A DNA stretch of 26,483 nt from a candidate division WOR-3 bacterium. GTDB lineage: Bacteria > Hydrothermota > Tepidihabitantia > Tepidihabitantales > CAIPLT01. The notes under the pieces were generated by a model. The model was not told the DNA's origin. It searched no databases and worked only from the letters and a program-made list of their open reading frames with translations. The DNA is taken from NCBI GenBank assembly GCA_965649215.1, contig CBFGJZ010000022.1, positions 1 to 26,483 of the forward strand. Reading direction: 5' to 3'. The translations under genes and the position numbers were made by a program. Shown here in pieces: positions 18,266 through 26,483 of this stretch. The first letter of the stretch is position 1, and every line of letters begins with the position of its first letter.

Positions 18266-21256
18266 TTATATATTTTTTCCGCAACATTTTTTATATTTTT
18301 TTCCAGAACCGCAAGGACACGGCTCATTCCGTCCAATTTTTGCGGTTATATTTCGTTGCGGGGTTGTTTTTACGATATTAGTTTCTTGTTGGGTAGCTTG
18401 ATTGGGCGCTACGCCATTACGGGTAATTTCAGGTTTATACGCATGCATCGGTCGAATTATGCTCTTCCGTTCTGTTGTTTGTACTTGAGCTCTAAAGAGC
18501 AGAGCGAGTGCATCCCGATTAAACTCTTGCATCATTTCATTAAACATTTTGAATGACTCCTGTTTGTATTCGATTAAGGGATCCTTTTGTCCATAAGCAA
18601 CTAAAGATATACCTTCTCTTAATATATCCAATCCATATAGATGGTCTCGCCATTTAGTATCTATTATACGTAAAAAAACTGCTTTGACAAGTTCTAAAAA
18701 TAACTCTTTGCCTAATTCTTCTTCTCGTTGTTGAAATCTTTCGTGGGCAATTTTTATTAGGGCCTGTTTTAATATTTCAACTTTTATTTGTGCGATCTCT
18801 GAATTATCAATTTTAAAATCGGTTAAAAAAATCAGACCAAATTCACCTTTAATTGCATCCCAGTCCCATTCATCGGGATATTTCGAAATTGCGTATTTAT
18901 CTATGATCTGGTCAATTACTTTATGAGCGGTATTTTTATAGAGCTCTTCTAGATCTTCACCTTTTAAAACCTGGTCTCGGATGTGATAGACAACTTCGCG
19001 TTGGCGATTCATCACATCGTCATATTCTAATAAGTGTTTACGGATTTCAAAATTACGGGCTTCAACGCGTTTTTGAGCATTTTCAATCGCTCGACTCACC
19101 AATGTATTTTGAATTGGTTCCATCTCTTTCACACCAAATCGATCCATTAAATTAGCTAATCGGTCAGAACCGAATAAACGCATTAAATCATCTTCTAACG
19201 AAAGAAAAAAGCGCGATGACCCAGGATCCCCTTGCCGACCAGCCCGACCTCGTAATTGATTATCAATTCTTCGTGCTTCATGTCGTTCAGTACCAATAAT
19301 GTATAAGCCGCACGGAATATCATCTAAACAACTTCCTTCTTCTTCCCATTTTTTACAACGACCACCGGTATGTTTTGTAACATAGCAACCATCGCCGATG
19401 ATAACTTCTTTATCAAGTTTAATATCCGTACCTCGACCTGCCATATTAGTAGCAATGGTTACTGCACCTTTTTTACCGGCTTGGGCAACGATTTCAGCTT
19501 CTTGTTGATGATAGCGCGCATTTAAAACCTGATGATTAATACCTTGTCGCCTTAATAGTCGAGATAAAGTCTCTGAGACATCAACTGACGTAGTTCCGAC
19601 TAAGATTGGTCTACCGACTTTATGCCATTTTTCAATTTCTTTAATTACTGCAGCATACTTTTCTCGGCGAGTTTTATAAATTACATCGGGATAGTCAATT
19701 CGCCGTACGGGTGCATTAGTCGGAATTTCGACAACATCTAATTTATAAGTTGAATAAAATTCATTTGCGCTGGTCATAGCGGTACCGGTCATACCAGCTA
19801 ATTTTTCATACATTCGAAAATAATTTTGAATGGTAATCGTTGCTAATGTTTGAGTTTCGGCTTGAACTCTCACCCCTTCTTTGGCTTCCAAAGCTTGATG
19901 GAGACCATCCGAAAATCGCCGACCGGGCATCAACCGACCGGTAAATTCATCAACTATAATAACTTTATTATCTTGAACTATATAATCCACATCTTTTTCA
20001 AATAAGGTATAAGCCTTTAATAAAGCTTGAAAATTATGGAGGGTTTCACTTTTTTTTGCATATCGCTCATATGCTTTTTCTTTTTCAAAAATCTTCTCTT
20101 TAGGCGTCAGTTTTGAGTCGTTATCAATCTGTTGCAGTTCAGTTGACAAATCAGGAAGGATAAATAAAGATGGATCATTGGGTGATAATGTTTGACGACC
20201 TTTTTCGGTCAAATCAATCGTATTATTCTTTTCATCAACAACAAAATACAACTCTTCATCCAATTCGTGTAATTTTTTATCGCGCAGATAATCCAATTCC
20301 ACTTTCTCAATCAGTTTTTTAACCCCTTCTTCTTGTTCAATTTTTAAAAGTCGTTTATTTTTTGGCGCTCCTCGTCGGGCTTGCAATAACTTTTTAGCAG
20401 CTTCGTAAGTTTTATTTTCTTTTAATAATCGTTCGGCTTCTTCAACTAATCGATTCACAAAGATATTTTGAGCTTGATATGCTTTTTTAACCAAGGGAGT
20501 TAAATTATCAAAACCTTTATCCGATGCTTCTACGGGACCCGAAATAATCAAAGGGGTTCGAGCTTCATCAATTAAAATTGAATCAACTTCGTCAACAATT
20601 GCATAATAGTGACCTCGTTGGACTTTATCTTCCCAACGAATTACCATATTATCGCGTAGATAATCAAAACCAAATTCATTATTCGTACCATAAGTGATAT
20701 CAGCGTTATAATGTGGTTTGCGTTCTTGGGGTTCCATACCTTGTTGAATACAACCAACAGTCAATCCTAAAGTCTCATAAATTGGTCCCATCCATTCGCG
20801 GTCGCGAGCGGCTAAATAATCATTCACAGTTACTAAATGGGCACCCCGTTTGGTAAGACCGTTCAGATACATGGGCATCGTTGCAACTAAGGTTTTACCT
20901 TCCCCAGTCTTCATTTCCGCAATTTTGCCTTCATGTAAGATTATTGCACCAACTAATTGGACGTCAAAGGGAATCATATTCCAAGTTGTTTCAATATTAC
21001 GCACTAACCATTTTTTACCACATAATCGTCGACAAGTTTCTTTGACCAAAGCAAAAGCTTCGGGTAGGATTGAATCTAAACTCTCACCATCCTGATAACG
21101 ACGATAAAAATCTTCGGTCTTTTTTGGCAATTCGTTATCTGGGAGGTCTTTTAATTTCTCATAAATCGCATTAATTTCTTCAACGATAGGCCAAATTCGT
21201 TTCATTTCTCGATCGGTCTTGGTACCAAAAATTTTACTCAATATTTGTGAAAACAT
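18266..21256 (-). CDS. secA: Preprotein translocase subunit SecA
   Basis: [49 protein letters not shown]-terminal SEC-C motif [13 protein letters not shown]. Confidence 0.98.
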   Translation of the reverse strand: MFSQILSKIFGTKTDREMKRIWPIVEEINAIYEKLKDLPDNELPKKTEDFYRRYQDGESLDSILPEAFALVKETCRRLCGKKWLVRNIETTWNMIPFDVQLVGAIILHEGKIAEMKTGEGKTLVATMPMYLNGLTKRGAHLVTVNDYLAARDREWMGPIYETLGLTVGCIQQGMEPQERKPHYNADITYGTNNEFGFDYLRDNMVIRWEDKVQRGHYYAIVDEVDSILIDEARTPLIISGPVEASDKGFDNLTPLVKKAYQAQNIFVNRLVEEAERLLKENKTYEAAKKLLQARRGAPKNKRLLKIEQEEGVKKLIEKVELDYLRDKKLHELDEELYFVVDEKNNTIDLTEKGRQTLSPNDPSLFILPDLSTELQQIDNDSKLTPKEKIFEKEKAYERYAKKSETLHNFQALLKAYTLFEKDVDYIVQDNKVIIVDEFTGRLMPGRRFSDGLHQALEAKEGVRVQAETQTLATITIQNYFRMYEKLAGMTGTAMTSANEFYSTYKLDVVEIPTNAPVRRIDYPDVIYKTRREKYAAVIKEIEKWHKVGRPILVGTTSVDVSETLSRLLRRQGINHQVLNARYHQQEAEIVAQAGKKGAVTIATNMAGRGTDIKLDKEVIIGDGCYVTKHTGGRCKKWEEEGSCLDDIPCGLYIIGTERHEARRIDNQLRGRAGRQGDPGSSRFFLSLEDDLMRLFGSDRLANLMDRFGVKEMEPIQNTLVSRAIENAQKRVEARNFEIRKHLLEYDDVMNRQREVVYHIRDQVLKGEDLEELYKNTAHKVIDQIIDKYAISKYPDEWDWDAIKGEFGLIFLTDFKIDNSEIAQIKVEILKQALIKIAHERFQQREEELGKELFLELVKAVFLRIIDTKWRDHLYGLDILREGISLVAYGQKDPLIEYKQESFKMFNEMMQEFNRDALALLFRAQVQTTERKSIIRPMHAYKPEITRNGVAPNQATQQETNIVKTTPQRNITAKIGRNEPCPCGSGKKYKKCCGKNI

Positions 21257-21267
21257 AGTTCTCTAGT

Positions 21268-21296
21268 ATTCTATAAATTCCTTTTCTGACTGTCAA
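21268..21296 (-). promoter_or_regulatory. sigma70-type promoter for secA
   Basis: Minus strand TTGACA (21296-21291), 17 bp spacer, TAGAAT (21273-21268). Confidence 0.75.
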
Positions 21297-21309
21297 TAAG
21301 TAAAGATTA

Positions 21310-21744
21310 CTATTTATTCAATTGTGAAGTACAATTTGGACAACGACTAGCTTTAATAGAAATTACGGAAAAACAAAACGGACATTCTTTGGTAGTAGGT
21401 TCGCTTACAGGTGCAGGTTTTTTGAAGCGATTAATTTGACGGATAATTAGGAAAATAACAAACGCCACGATAATAAAATCGATGACTGTATTAATAAACA
21501 TCCCATAATTAATTGTCGCCGCACCCGCAGCTTTGGCTTCAGCTAAAGTGGCATAATGTTTATCCGAAAGATTGATAAACAAATTAGAAAAATCAATTTT
21601 ACCTAACAACAATCCAATAGGAGGCATAATAATGTCATTAACTAACGAAGTGATGATTTTGCCAAAAGCAACGCCAATGATAATACCAACCGCCATATCC
21701 ACGACATTACCTCGCATTGCAAACTCTTTAAATTCCTTAAACAT
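21310..21744 (-). CDS. mscL: Large-conductance mechanosensitive channel with C-terminal zinc ribbon
   Basis: [38 protein letters not shown]; ends CPFC-x10-CPNC. Confidence 0.95.
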   Translation of the reverse strand: MFKEFKEFAMRGNVVDMAVGIIIGVAFGKIITSLVNDIIMPPIGLLLGKIDFSNLFINLSDKHYATLAEAKAAGAATINYGMFINTVIDFIIVAFVIFLIIRQINRFKKPAPVSEPTTKECPFCFSVISIKASRCPNCTSQLNK

Positions 21745-21781
21745 ATTTTCACCTCTCTTTCTTTATAGACATTACATATAA

Positions 21782-21847
21782 ATCATATATATTGATTAAA
21801 GCTTGTCAATAGTTATTCTTGACAATCAATAGTAAATATATGATAAT
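21782..21847. promoter_or_regulatory. Back-to-back divergent promoters (mscL / lemA-htpX)
   Basis: Minus: TTGACA 21809-21804 and TATGAT 21787-21782. Plus: TTGACA 21819-21824 and GATAAT 21842-21847. Confidence 0.6.
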
Positions 21848-21877
21848 TAAATACAATATCTATATAAAGGAGTAATT

Positions 21878-22435
21878 ATGGCAATTGGAACAATTATTAT
21901 TATCATTGTCGCCATTATTATTTTATGGCTGATTGGAACTTATAACTCGTTAATTACTAAGCGCAACCGTGTTAAAAATGCATGGGCACAAATTGATGTC
22001 CAACTTAAACGACGATACGATTTAATTCCTAATTTAGTAGAAACTGTCAAAGGTTATGCTCAGCATGAACGTGAACTATTTGAAAAGGTTACTCAAGCCC
22101 GCGCCTGGGCAATGAGTGCCAAATCAGTTGCTGATACTGCAAAAGCCAACAATGCATTAAGTGAAACCTTAAAATCACTCTTTGCGGTGGCAGAAAACTA
22201 TCCCACGCTCAAAGCCAATGAAAACTTTTTACGACTTCAAGAAGAACTCTCCGCCACGGAAAATAAAATTTCTTTTGCCCGTCAATTCTATAATGACGAA
22301 GCTATGTTATATCGGATTAAAATTGAAAAGTTTCCATCTAACATTATTGCGGCAATTTTTGGTTTTAAGCCAGAAGAATTATATACGATTCCGGAAGGCG
22401 AAAAAGAACCAATTAAAGTATCGTTTAGCAAATAA
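21878..22435 (+). CDS. lemA: LemA family protein
   Basis: N-terminal [55 protein letters not shown]. Confidence 0.95.
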   Translation: MAIGTIIIIIVAIIILWLIGTYNSLITKRNRVKNAWAQIDVQLKRRYDLIPNLVETVKGYAQHERELFEKVTQARAWAMSAKSVADTAKANNALSETLKSLFAVAENYPTLKANENFLRLQEELSATENKISFARQFYNDEAMLYRIKIEKFPSNIIAAIFGFKPEELYTIPEGEKEPIKVSFSK

Positions 22436-22463
22436 CAACTTCATTTAGCAATAAAAAATCAAA

Positions 22464-23372
22464 ATGAAATCAACGCTTTACTCATTAATAACCCGTAATA
22501 AAATCCGCACTTTTTTATTTATTGTCGTTTTTTCGTTAATACTTGCTTTTATTGGTTACTTTGTTGGGAACATCTTTCAATTTGGAATCGGATTCTATGT
22601 TATATTTGGATTAATTATTATCTTTTACAATCTTATTCTTTATTACAATTCGGATAAATTAGCATTAGTCTTTTCAAATGCTCGGCCGGCATCAGTTCAC
22701 GAATACTATCAACTACATAACATTGTTGAAGAAGTTGCGTTAGCCGCAGGTATTCCTAAACCAAAGATTTATATCATTGAAGAGCCGATGCCGAATGCTT
22801 TTGCGACTGGTCGTAATCCCCAAAACGCTTCATTAGCAGTTACAACTGGTCTTCTTCAATTAATGAATCGGGAAGAACTACAAGGAGTGATTGCTCACGA
22901 AATCGCTCATATTCGCAATTATGATATTTTAATTATGACTATTGCTGCGATTATTGGTGGTTTAATCGTACTCTTGCGGGATATTTTTTTACGGATGATG
23001 TGGTTTGGTGGTCGAAGTCGTTCTCGTTATAACCAACGGGGTAATGCAGGAGCAATCTTTGTTATTGTGGGAATTGCTTTAGCCATTATTGCACCGATTT
23101 TAGTTGCGTTAATTCGTGCCGCAATTTCGCGGGAACGAGAATATTTGGCAGATGCTGATGGTGCGTATATTGTTCGTTATCCTCATGGCTTAGCTTCAGC
23201 GTTAAGTAAACTTGCCAGTTATAAAGGAAAAATGCAAAGTGCGTCGGATGCTACTGCGCATTTATTTATTGCTAATCCATTTGGCAAAGACCGTTTTTCA
23301 ATTTCAAATCTTTTTGCTACCCATCCCCCATTACACAAAAGAATTGAACGGCTAAAACAACTAGTTATTTAA
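22464..23372 (+). CDS. htpX: Zinc metalloprotease HtpX (M48)
   Basis: PNAFATGRNP, HEIAH zinc motif, SREREYLADA, FATHPP; typical lemA-htpX pair. Confidence 0.93.
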   Translation: MKSTLYSLITRNKIRTFLFIVVFSLILAFIGYFVGNIFQFGIGFYVIFGLIIIFYNLILYYNSDKLALVFSNARPASVHEYYQLHNIVEEVALAAGIPKPKIYIIEEPMPNAFATGRNPQNASLAVTTGLLQLMNREELQGVIAHEIAHIRNYDILIMTIAAIIGGLIVLLRDIFLRMMWFGGRSRSRYNQRGNAGAIFVIVGIALAIIAPILVALIRAAISREREYLADADGAYIVRYPHGLASALSKLASYKGKMQSASDATAHLFIANPFGKDRFSISNLFATHPPLHKRIERLKQLVI

Positions 23373-23401
23373 AATACATTTAAAAACACGAAAAGAAGAT
23401 T

Positions 23402-23501
23402 GTCATTACGAGCCGAAGGTGTGGCAATCTTACCGACGGTGAAACAAAGATTATCTTTACCGTCTATAAGATTGCTTCGTCGCTTTCGCTTCTCGCAATG
23501 A
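23402..23501. repeat. Inverted pair of REP-like repeats between convergent htpX and carboxypeptidase genes
   Basis: Forward copy 23402-23440 and inverted copy 23468-23501; tails GACGGT/ACCGTC also pair. Confidence 0.85.
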
Positions 23502-23520
23502 TATTAATATGCTTCCTTTG

Positions 23521-23547
23521 TGTCATGCTGAATTTATTTCAGCATCT
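23521..23547. repeat. Second GTCAT-headed palindrome type (TGTCATGCTGAA-N5-TTCAGCATCT)
   Basis: 8-bp perfect stem ATGCTGAA/TTCAGCAT; same GTCAT head and ATCT end as the main repeat family; single copy in this window. Confidence 0.65.
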
Positions 23548-23675
23548 TTCTTTATGTTCGTAAAAAAAACAAAATACCCTTTAAGCTGGACTTAATTTCA
23601 ACACCTCATACTTACAACTAATATAATGTTCTTACTAATCTTACTGACCAATAAAATCAAAAAGACCCGATAAAA

Positions 23676-25724
23676 TTATCTTATAACAATAAATCTCACC
23701 GCTGGCAAATTCATTCCATCAACTTTAATAAAATAAACACCATTTGCTAACTCTTTATTTTGATTAGTTTTCAAATCATAAGTAAAACTATTACTTGCTT
23801 GGGGTAAGACAATCTTATTTACCTTCATACCATTTATATCATAAACTGACAAAATCAACTCTTGATTAGTTAAAGTTGGATAATTCAATTTCAAATAGGT
23901 TTGGACAATATTATTTTGAAGTTGTAAACTAAAATCCTGTGAGATTACATTTTGGTTATGTTCAAGTAATCCGCTTGTTGGTTTATACTTTTCAATTGCA
24001 TCTAAATAAAAGGTACCCACCCCATCTAATCGCACATATTTTGCTGAATCAAAACCAACGGTTGCCAAATCAAAATGAGTTCTGCTTGCATTTGCAGTAC
24101 CGATTGTTGTCCACGGTCCTTTCCAATTATTAGAAACTTTAACTGTGGCAGTACCGTTACCTTGAGAACGAAAGACCGTAAAATCAAAACCAGAATCATT
24201 ACGAATCGGTTTAGCCATTTCTAAAACAATCCATTTGTTATTATCAAGTTGATACGCAACACTATCCCGAACTCCTAATGCCCGAACTGGATACGTTCGG
24301 TTAGTGCTGGTAGTGACATATAAGCAAGATATCACCTGCATTGCAAAATTACTCACAGCATTAGAATCGGGCAACATTGCAAAATTAACAACGGCAGTTG
24401 AATCCGTACTGGTAGGAATGATTACCAAAGAAGTCTCTGGTTTATAACCTGCACATTGAACAATTAAATTATACATACCGGGCAGATAGAACCGATGAAA
24501 ATCACCATTAATAGGCGAACTATAACTTAGATAATTGCGGGGATACATCCAAATTTGGGCATGTAATGGCTGTCCGGTTAGCGAATCATAAACTCGGCCA
24601 CGAATGCCGTGGCCCGCTTTATGACAGAGCCAAAGCATCGCATCTTTATTAATATTAAAAGTCGGGTCAATTGCTGAAGCAGGAGGAGTCTTAATATTAT
24701 GCAATTCAATTGACCAACTTACCTCACCGGCAAATCCATAACAATAATCTTTACTTGAGCCATTGATGGTATACATAATAATTGACCCTTGCCCATACGG
24801 ATAATTATTACCCCTTTGAGAATAACCCGCGGAAAGATACCACACTACAAATTTCTCTGGAATTGAGTCATAAGTAGTATAACTCCACGGATTAGAAATT
24901 ACGCTATCACCAGCATGATAAGTCGTATAAATTACAAATGGCTGTTTTCGATACAAATCATAATAAAAAGTTGCTTCGTTTTCACTGAATGCACTCGCTC
25001 CGCAATTTGATTCATTGCCCCACATCCATCCAAAATTACGGTTCAAATCAACACTCCGGCCATTATAACGCACATTATTCACATAGCCATCTGGATTAAT
25101 CATCGGTACAATCCAAATCTCTCGATTATCAACTAAATATGAAACGGTTGGGTTAAAATTATAATTATTAAGAAGATACTTAATAAACTCAAAACAAACT
25201 GCCCAACCAATTTTTTCATCGCCGTGAATATTCCCATCAAAATAAATTGCCGGTTCCATTTCATCAATAGCTGCTGAATCCGATATTTTCAAAGCTAAAA
25301 TCAATCGATTCTGATGGCTTAAACCTAAAGTTTCCAACTTACAAATTAATGGATTATTAATTGCTATAACATGCATTGTATCGACAAATTCAGTATAAGT
25401 CAGATATCGGCCTCGCTCAGATTCAGCAAAGAAATTCTCATAGTACAGATTACTGATATTTTCACTTAAAATTTCAAATTGGTAACCCTTTTTAGCAAGC
25501 TTTTCAAACAAGGTCGGTGAGATTTCAGCTAAACAATAACCATCCCGTATCTGATTGATAATTACACCCCATTGCTCTAATGTCTGTAATTGTCGATTAT
25601 CTTTTATTAAAATTTTAACCAAATCAAGTCGGGCCGGGATTTTCATTTCTTGCCGTGCTAATTGCCAACGATTCGCAAAAATTAAATTGCTTAATAACAA
25701 AAAAAGTAAAAAAAATTTTTTCAT
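23676..25724 (-). CDS. Secreted M14 zinc carboxypeptidase with C-terminal T9SS-CTD/FlgD-like domain
   Basis: Signal peptide from ATG 25724 with GGGAG SD; IHGDE (HxxE), NPDG, DLNRNF, TYHAG, SIEL; carboxypeptidase-regulatory-like domain; C-terminal VYDINGMKV..LANGVYFIKV. Confidence 0.88.
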   Translation of the reverse strand: MKKFFLLFLLLSNLIFANRWQLARQEMKIPARLDLVKILIKDNRQLQTLEQWGVIINQIRDGYCLAEISPTLFEKLAKKGYQFEILSENISNLYYENFFAESERGRYLTYTEFVDTMHVIAINNPLICKLETLGLSHQNRLILALKISDSAAIDEMEPAIYFDGNIHGDEKIGWAVCFEFIKYLLNNYNFNPTVSYLVDNREIWIVPMINPDGYVNNVRYNGRSVDLNRNFGWMWGNESNCGASAFSENEATFYYDLYRKQPFVIYTTYHAGDSVISNPWSYTTYDSIPEKFVVWYLSAGYSQRGNNYPYGQGSIIMYTINGSSKDYCYGFAGEVSWSIELHNIKTPPASAIDPTFNINKDAMLWLCHKAGHGIRGRVYDSLTGQPLHAQIWMYPRNYLSYSSPINGDFHRFYLPGMYNLIVQCAGYKPETSLVIIPTSTDSTAVVNFAMLPDSNAVSNFAMQVISCLYVTTSTNRTYPVRALGVRDSVAYQLDNNKWIVLEMAKPIRNDSGFDFTVFRSQGNGTATVKVSNNWKGPWTTIGTANASRTHFDLATVGFDSAKYVRLDGVGTFYLDAIEKYKPTSGLLEHNQNVISQDFSLQLQNNIVQTYLKLNYPTLTNQELILSVYDINGMKVNKIVLPQASNSFTYDLKTNQNKELANGVYFIKVDGMNLPAVRFIVIR

Positions 25725-25745
25725 ATTATTACTCCCATTGCTTAT

Positions 25746-25774
25746 ATTATAGATTTTAATAATAGTTCCGTCAA
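25746..25774 (-). promoter_or_regulatory. sigma70-type promoter for the carboxypeptidase gene
   Basis: Minus strand TTGACG (25774-25769), 17 bp spacer, TATAAT (25751-25746). Confidence 0.7.
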
Positions 25775-25902
25775 TCACTAATATTACATTAAATTAAAAG
25801 ATTCGGGGGGTCATTTTACCCTTCTGAATCGTTATAGATAGATAAAGAGATTTATGAAAAGGACTGAATGAGAAACGATACTAGAAAGGTAAAAGACAAA
25901 GT

Positions 25903-26005
25903 GTCATTGCGAACGAACAGAGTGAGCGTGGCAATCTTGCCGACAGTATTTCCCTTTTCGTCATTGCGAGCGAATGTAATGAGCGTGGCAATCTTAGCGA
26001 CGGTA
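25903..26005 (+). repeat. Two tandem REP-like repeats, same family
   Basis: Copies at 25903-25948 and 25960-26005 with the ..TGAGCGTGGCAATCT core; linker TATTTCCCTTTTC resembles the linkers at 225-234 and 279-289. Confidence 0.88.
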
Positions 26006-26015
26006 AAACCAAGAT

Positions 26016-26046
26016 ACCACAAAGACACAAAGGCACGAAAGAACAC
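26016..26046 (+). repeat. Short imperfect 8-bp tandem motif (CACAAAGA)n
   Basis: ACCACAAAGACACAAAGGCACGAAAGAACAC. Confidence 0.45.
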
Positions 26047-26366
26047 AGATGGTCCTATTTATATCACCTATAAATCCCTGCGCACAGTTAAACGCACCCT
26101 TTCCTCTGGAATAAAAAAATTTAAGAAAAAATGGGAAAAGAGATAAGGAGTGAAGTTGTTTTAATTTAACTAAGAATCTTTTGGGGCTAATTTTTTATCA
26201 ATGTCTTGTTTGCTGATTTTACCTAAATAAAAATCTATGAAATATTTTTCTTTGCCATATAAATTTTCAATGCGACTTTCAAGATAATTATAAATCAGAT
26301 GTCCGATAATTACCACAATCTTTGCACTAACCAAGGCAATAATGAAAGACCAAACAAATACTTTAA

Positions 26367-26483
26367 TTAAATATTTAGTTGATTTTCGATAATTACATAT
26401 CTAACGTTACTTTCATCTTTTGCAAGAATATCAACTTTGTACTTATCAACGGCTACTTCAGTTTGAACATGCGTAAATTTGAC
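26367..26483 (-). pseudogene. Truncated PD-(D/E)xK-like nuclease domain fragment (DUF4268/NucS-like), open at the window edge
   Basis: Hand translation VKFTHVQTEVAVDKYKVDILAKDESNVRYVIIENQLNI*; the stop falls right after the IIENQL motif. Confidence 0.55.

Noticed and set aside
25725-25778. ORF-track N-terminal extension of the carboxypeptidase
   Set aside because: Overlaps the predicted promoter; SD and signal peptide support ATG 25724
25800-25830. GU-rich hairpin GATTCGGGGGG..CCCTTCTGAATC as terminator or riboswitch
   Set aside because: Folds best on the + strand where no transcript is evident, has no U-tract and matches no riboswitch I recognise
25852-26146. ORFs 25852-26046 (-) and 25868-26146 (+)
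   Set aside because: Largely composed of REP-like repeat sequence

Overview
AT-rich bacterial chromosomal window, mostly housekeeping, from a diderm organism (TolB, porin). The long SecA preprotein-binding-domain insertion and a T9SS-CTD-like secreted peptidase suggest FCB-group affinity such as candidate division WOR-3; this is inference only. Gene order: tRNA-Leu, tig, clpP, clpX, tolB, ktrB, ktrA, TPR protein, AmmeMemoRadiSam B/A fusion, tRNA-Pro (all +); speY-like, ornithine decarboxylase, thrS, infC, rpmI, rplT, pheS (-); porin, tRNA-Ile, sppA (+); mscL, secA, hypothetical (-); lemA, htpX (+); M14 carboxypeptidase (-); truncated nuclease-like fragment at the right edge. Intergenic DNA carries 12 copies of a GTCATT..GCAATCT REP-like repeat. 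The most unusual signal is a degenerate 12-bp-period array at about 428-643 whose consensus (N-ACCTA-N-TAGGT) is palindromic and which is bracketed by REP copies. Other oddities: ClpP with a Ser-His-Asn triad, a 4-Cys insert in the SecA VAR region, an AUA-initiated infC, pheS without pheT, a speY-ODC polyamine module and several leaderless or very short-leader promoters.
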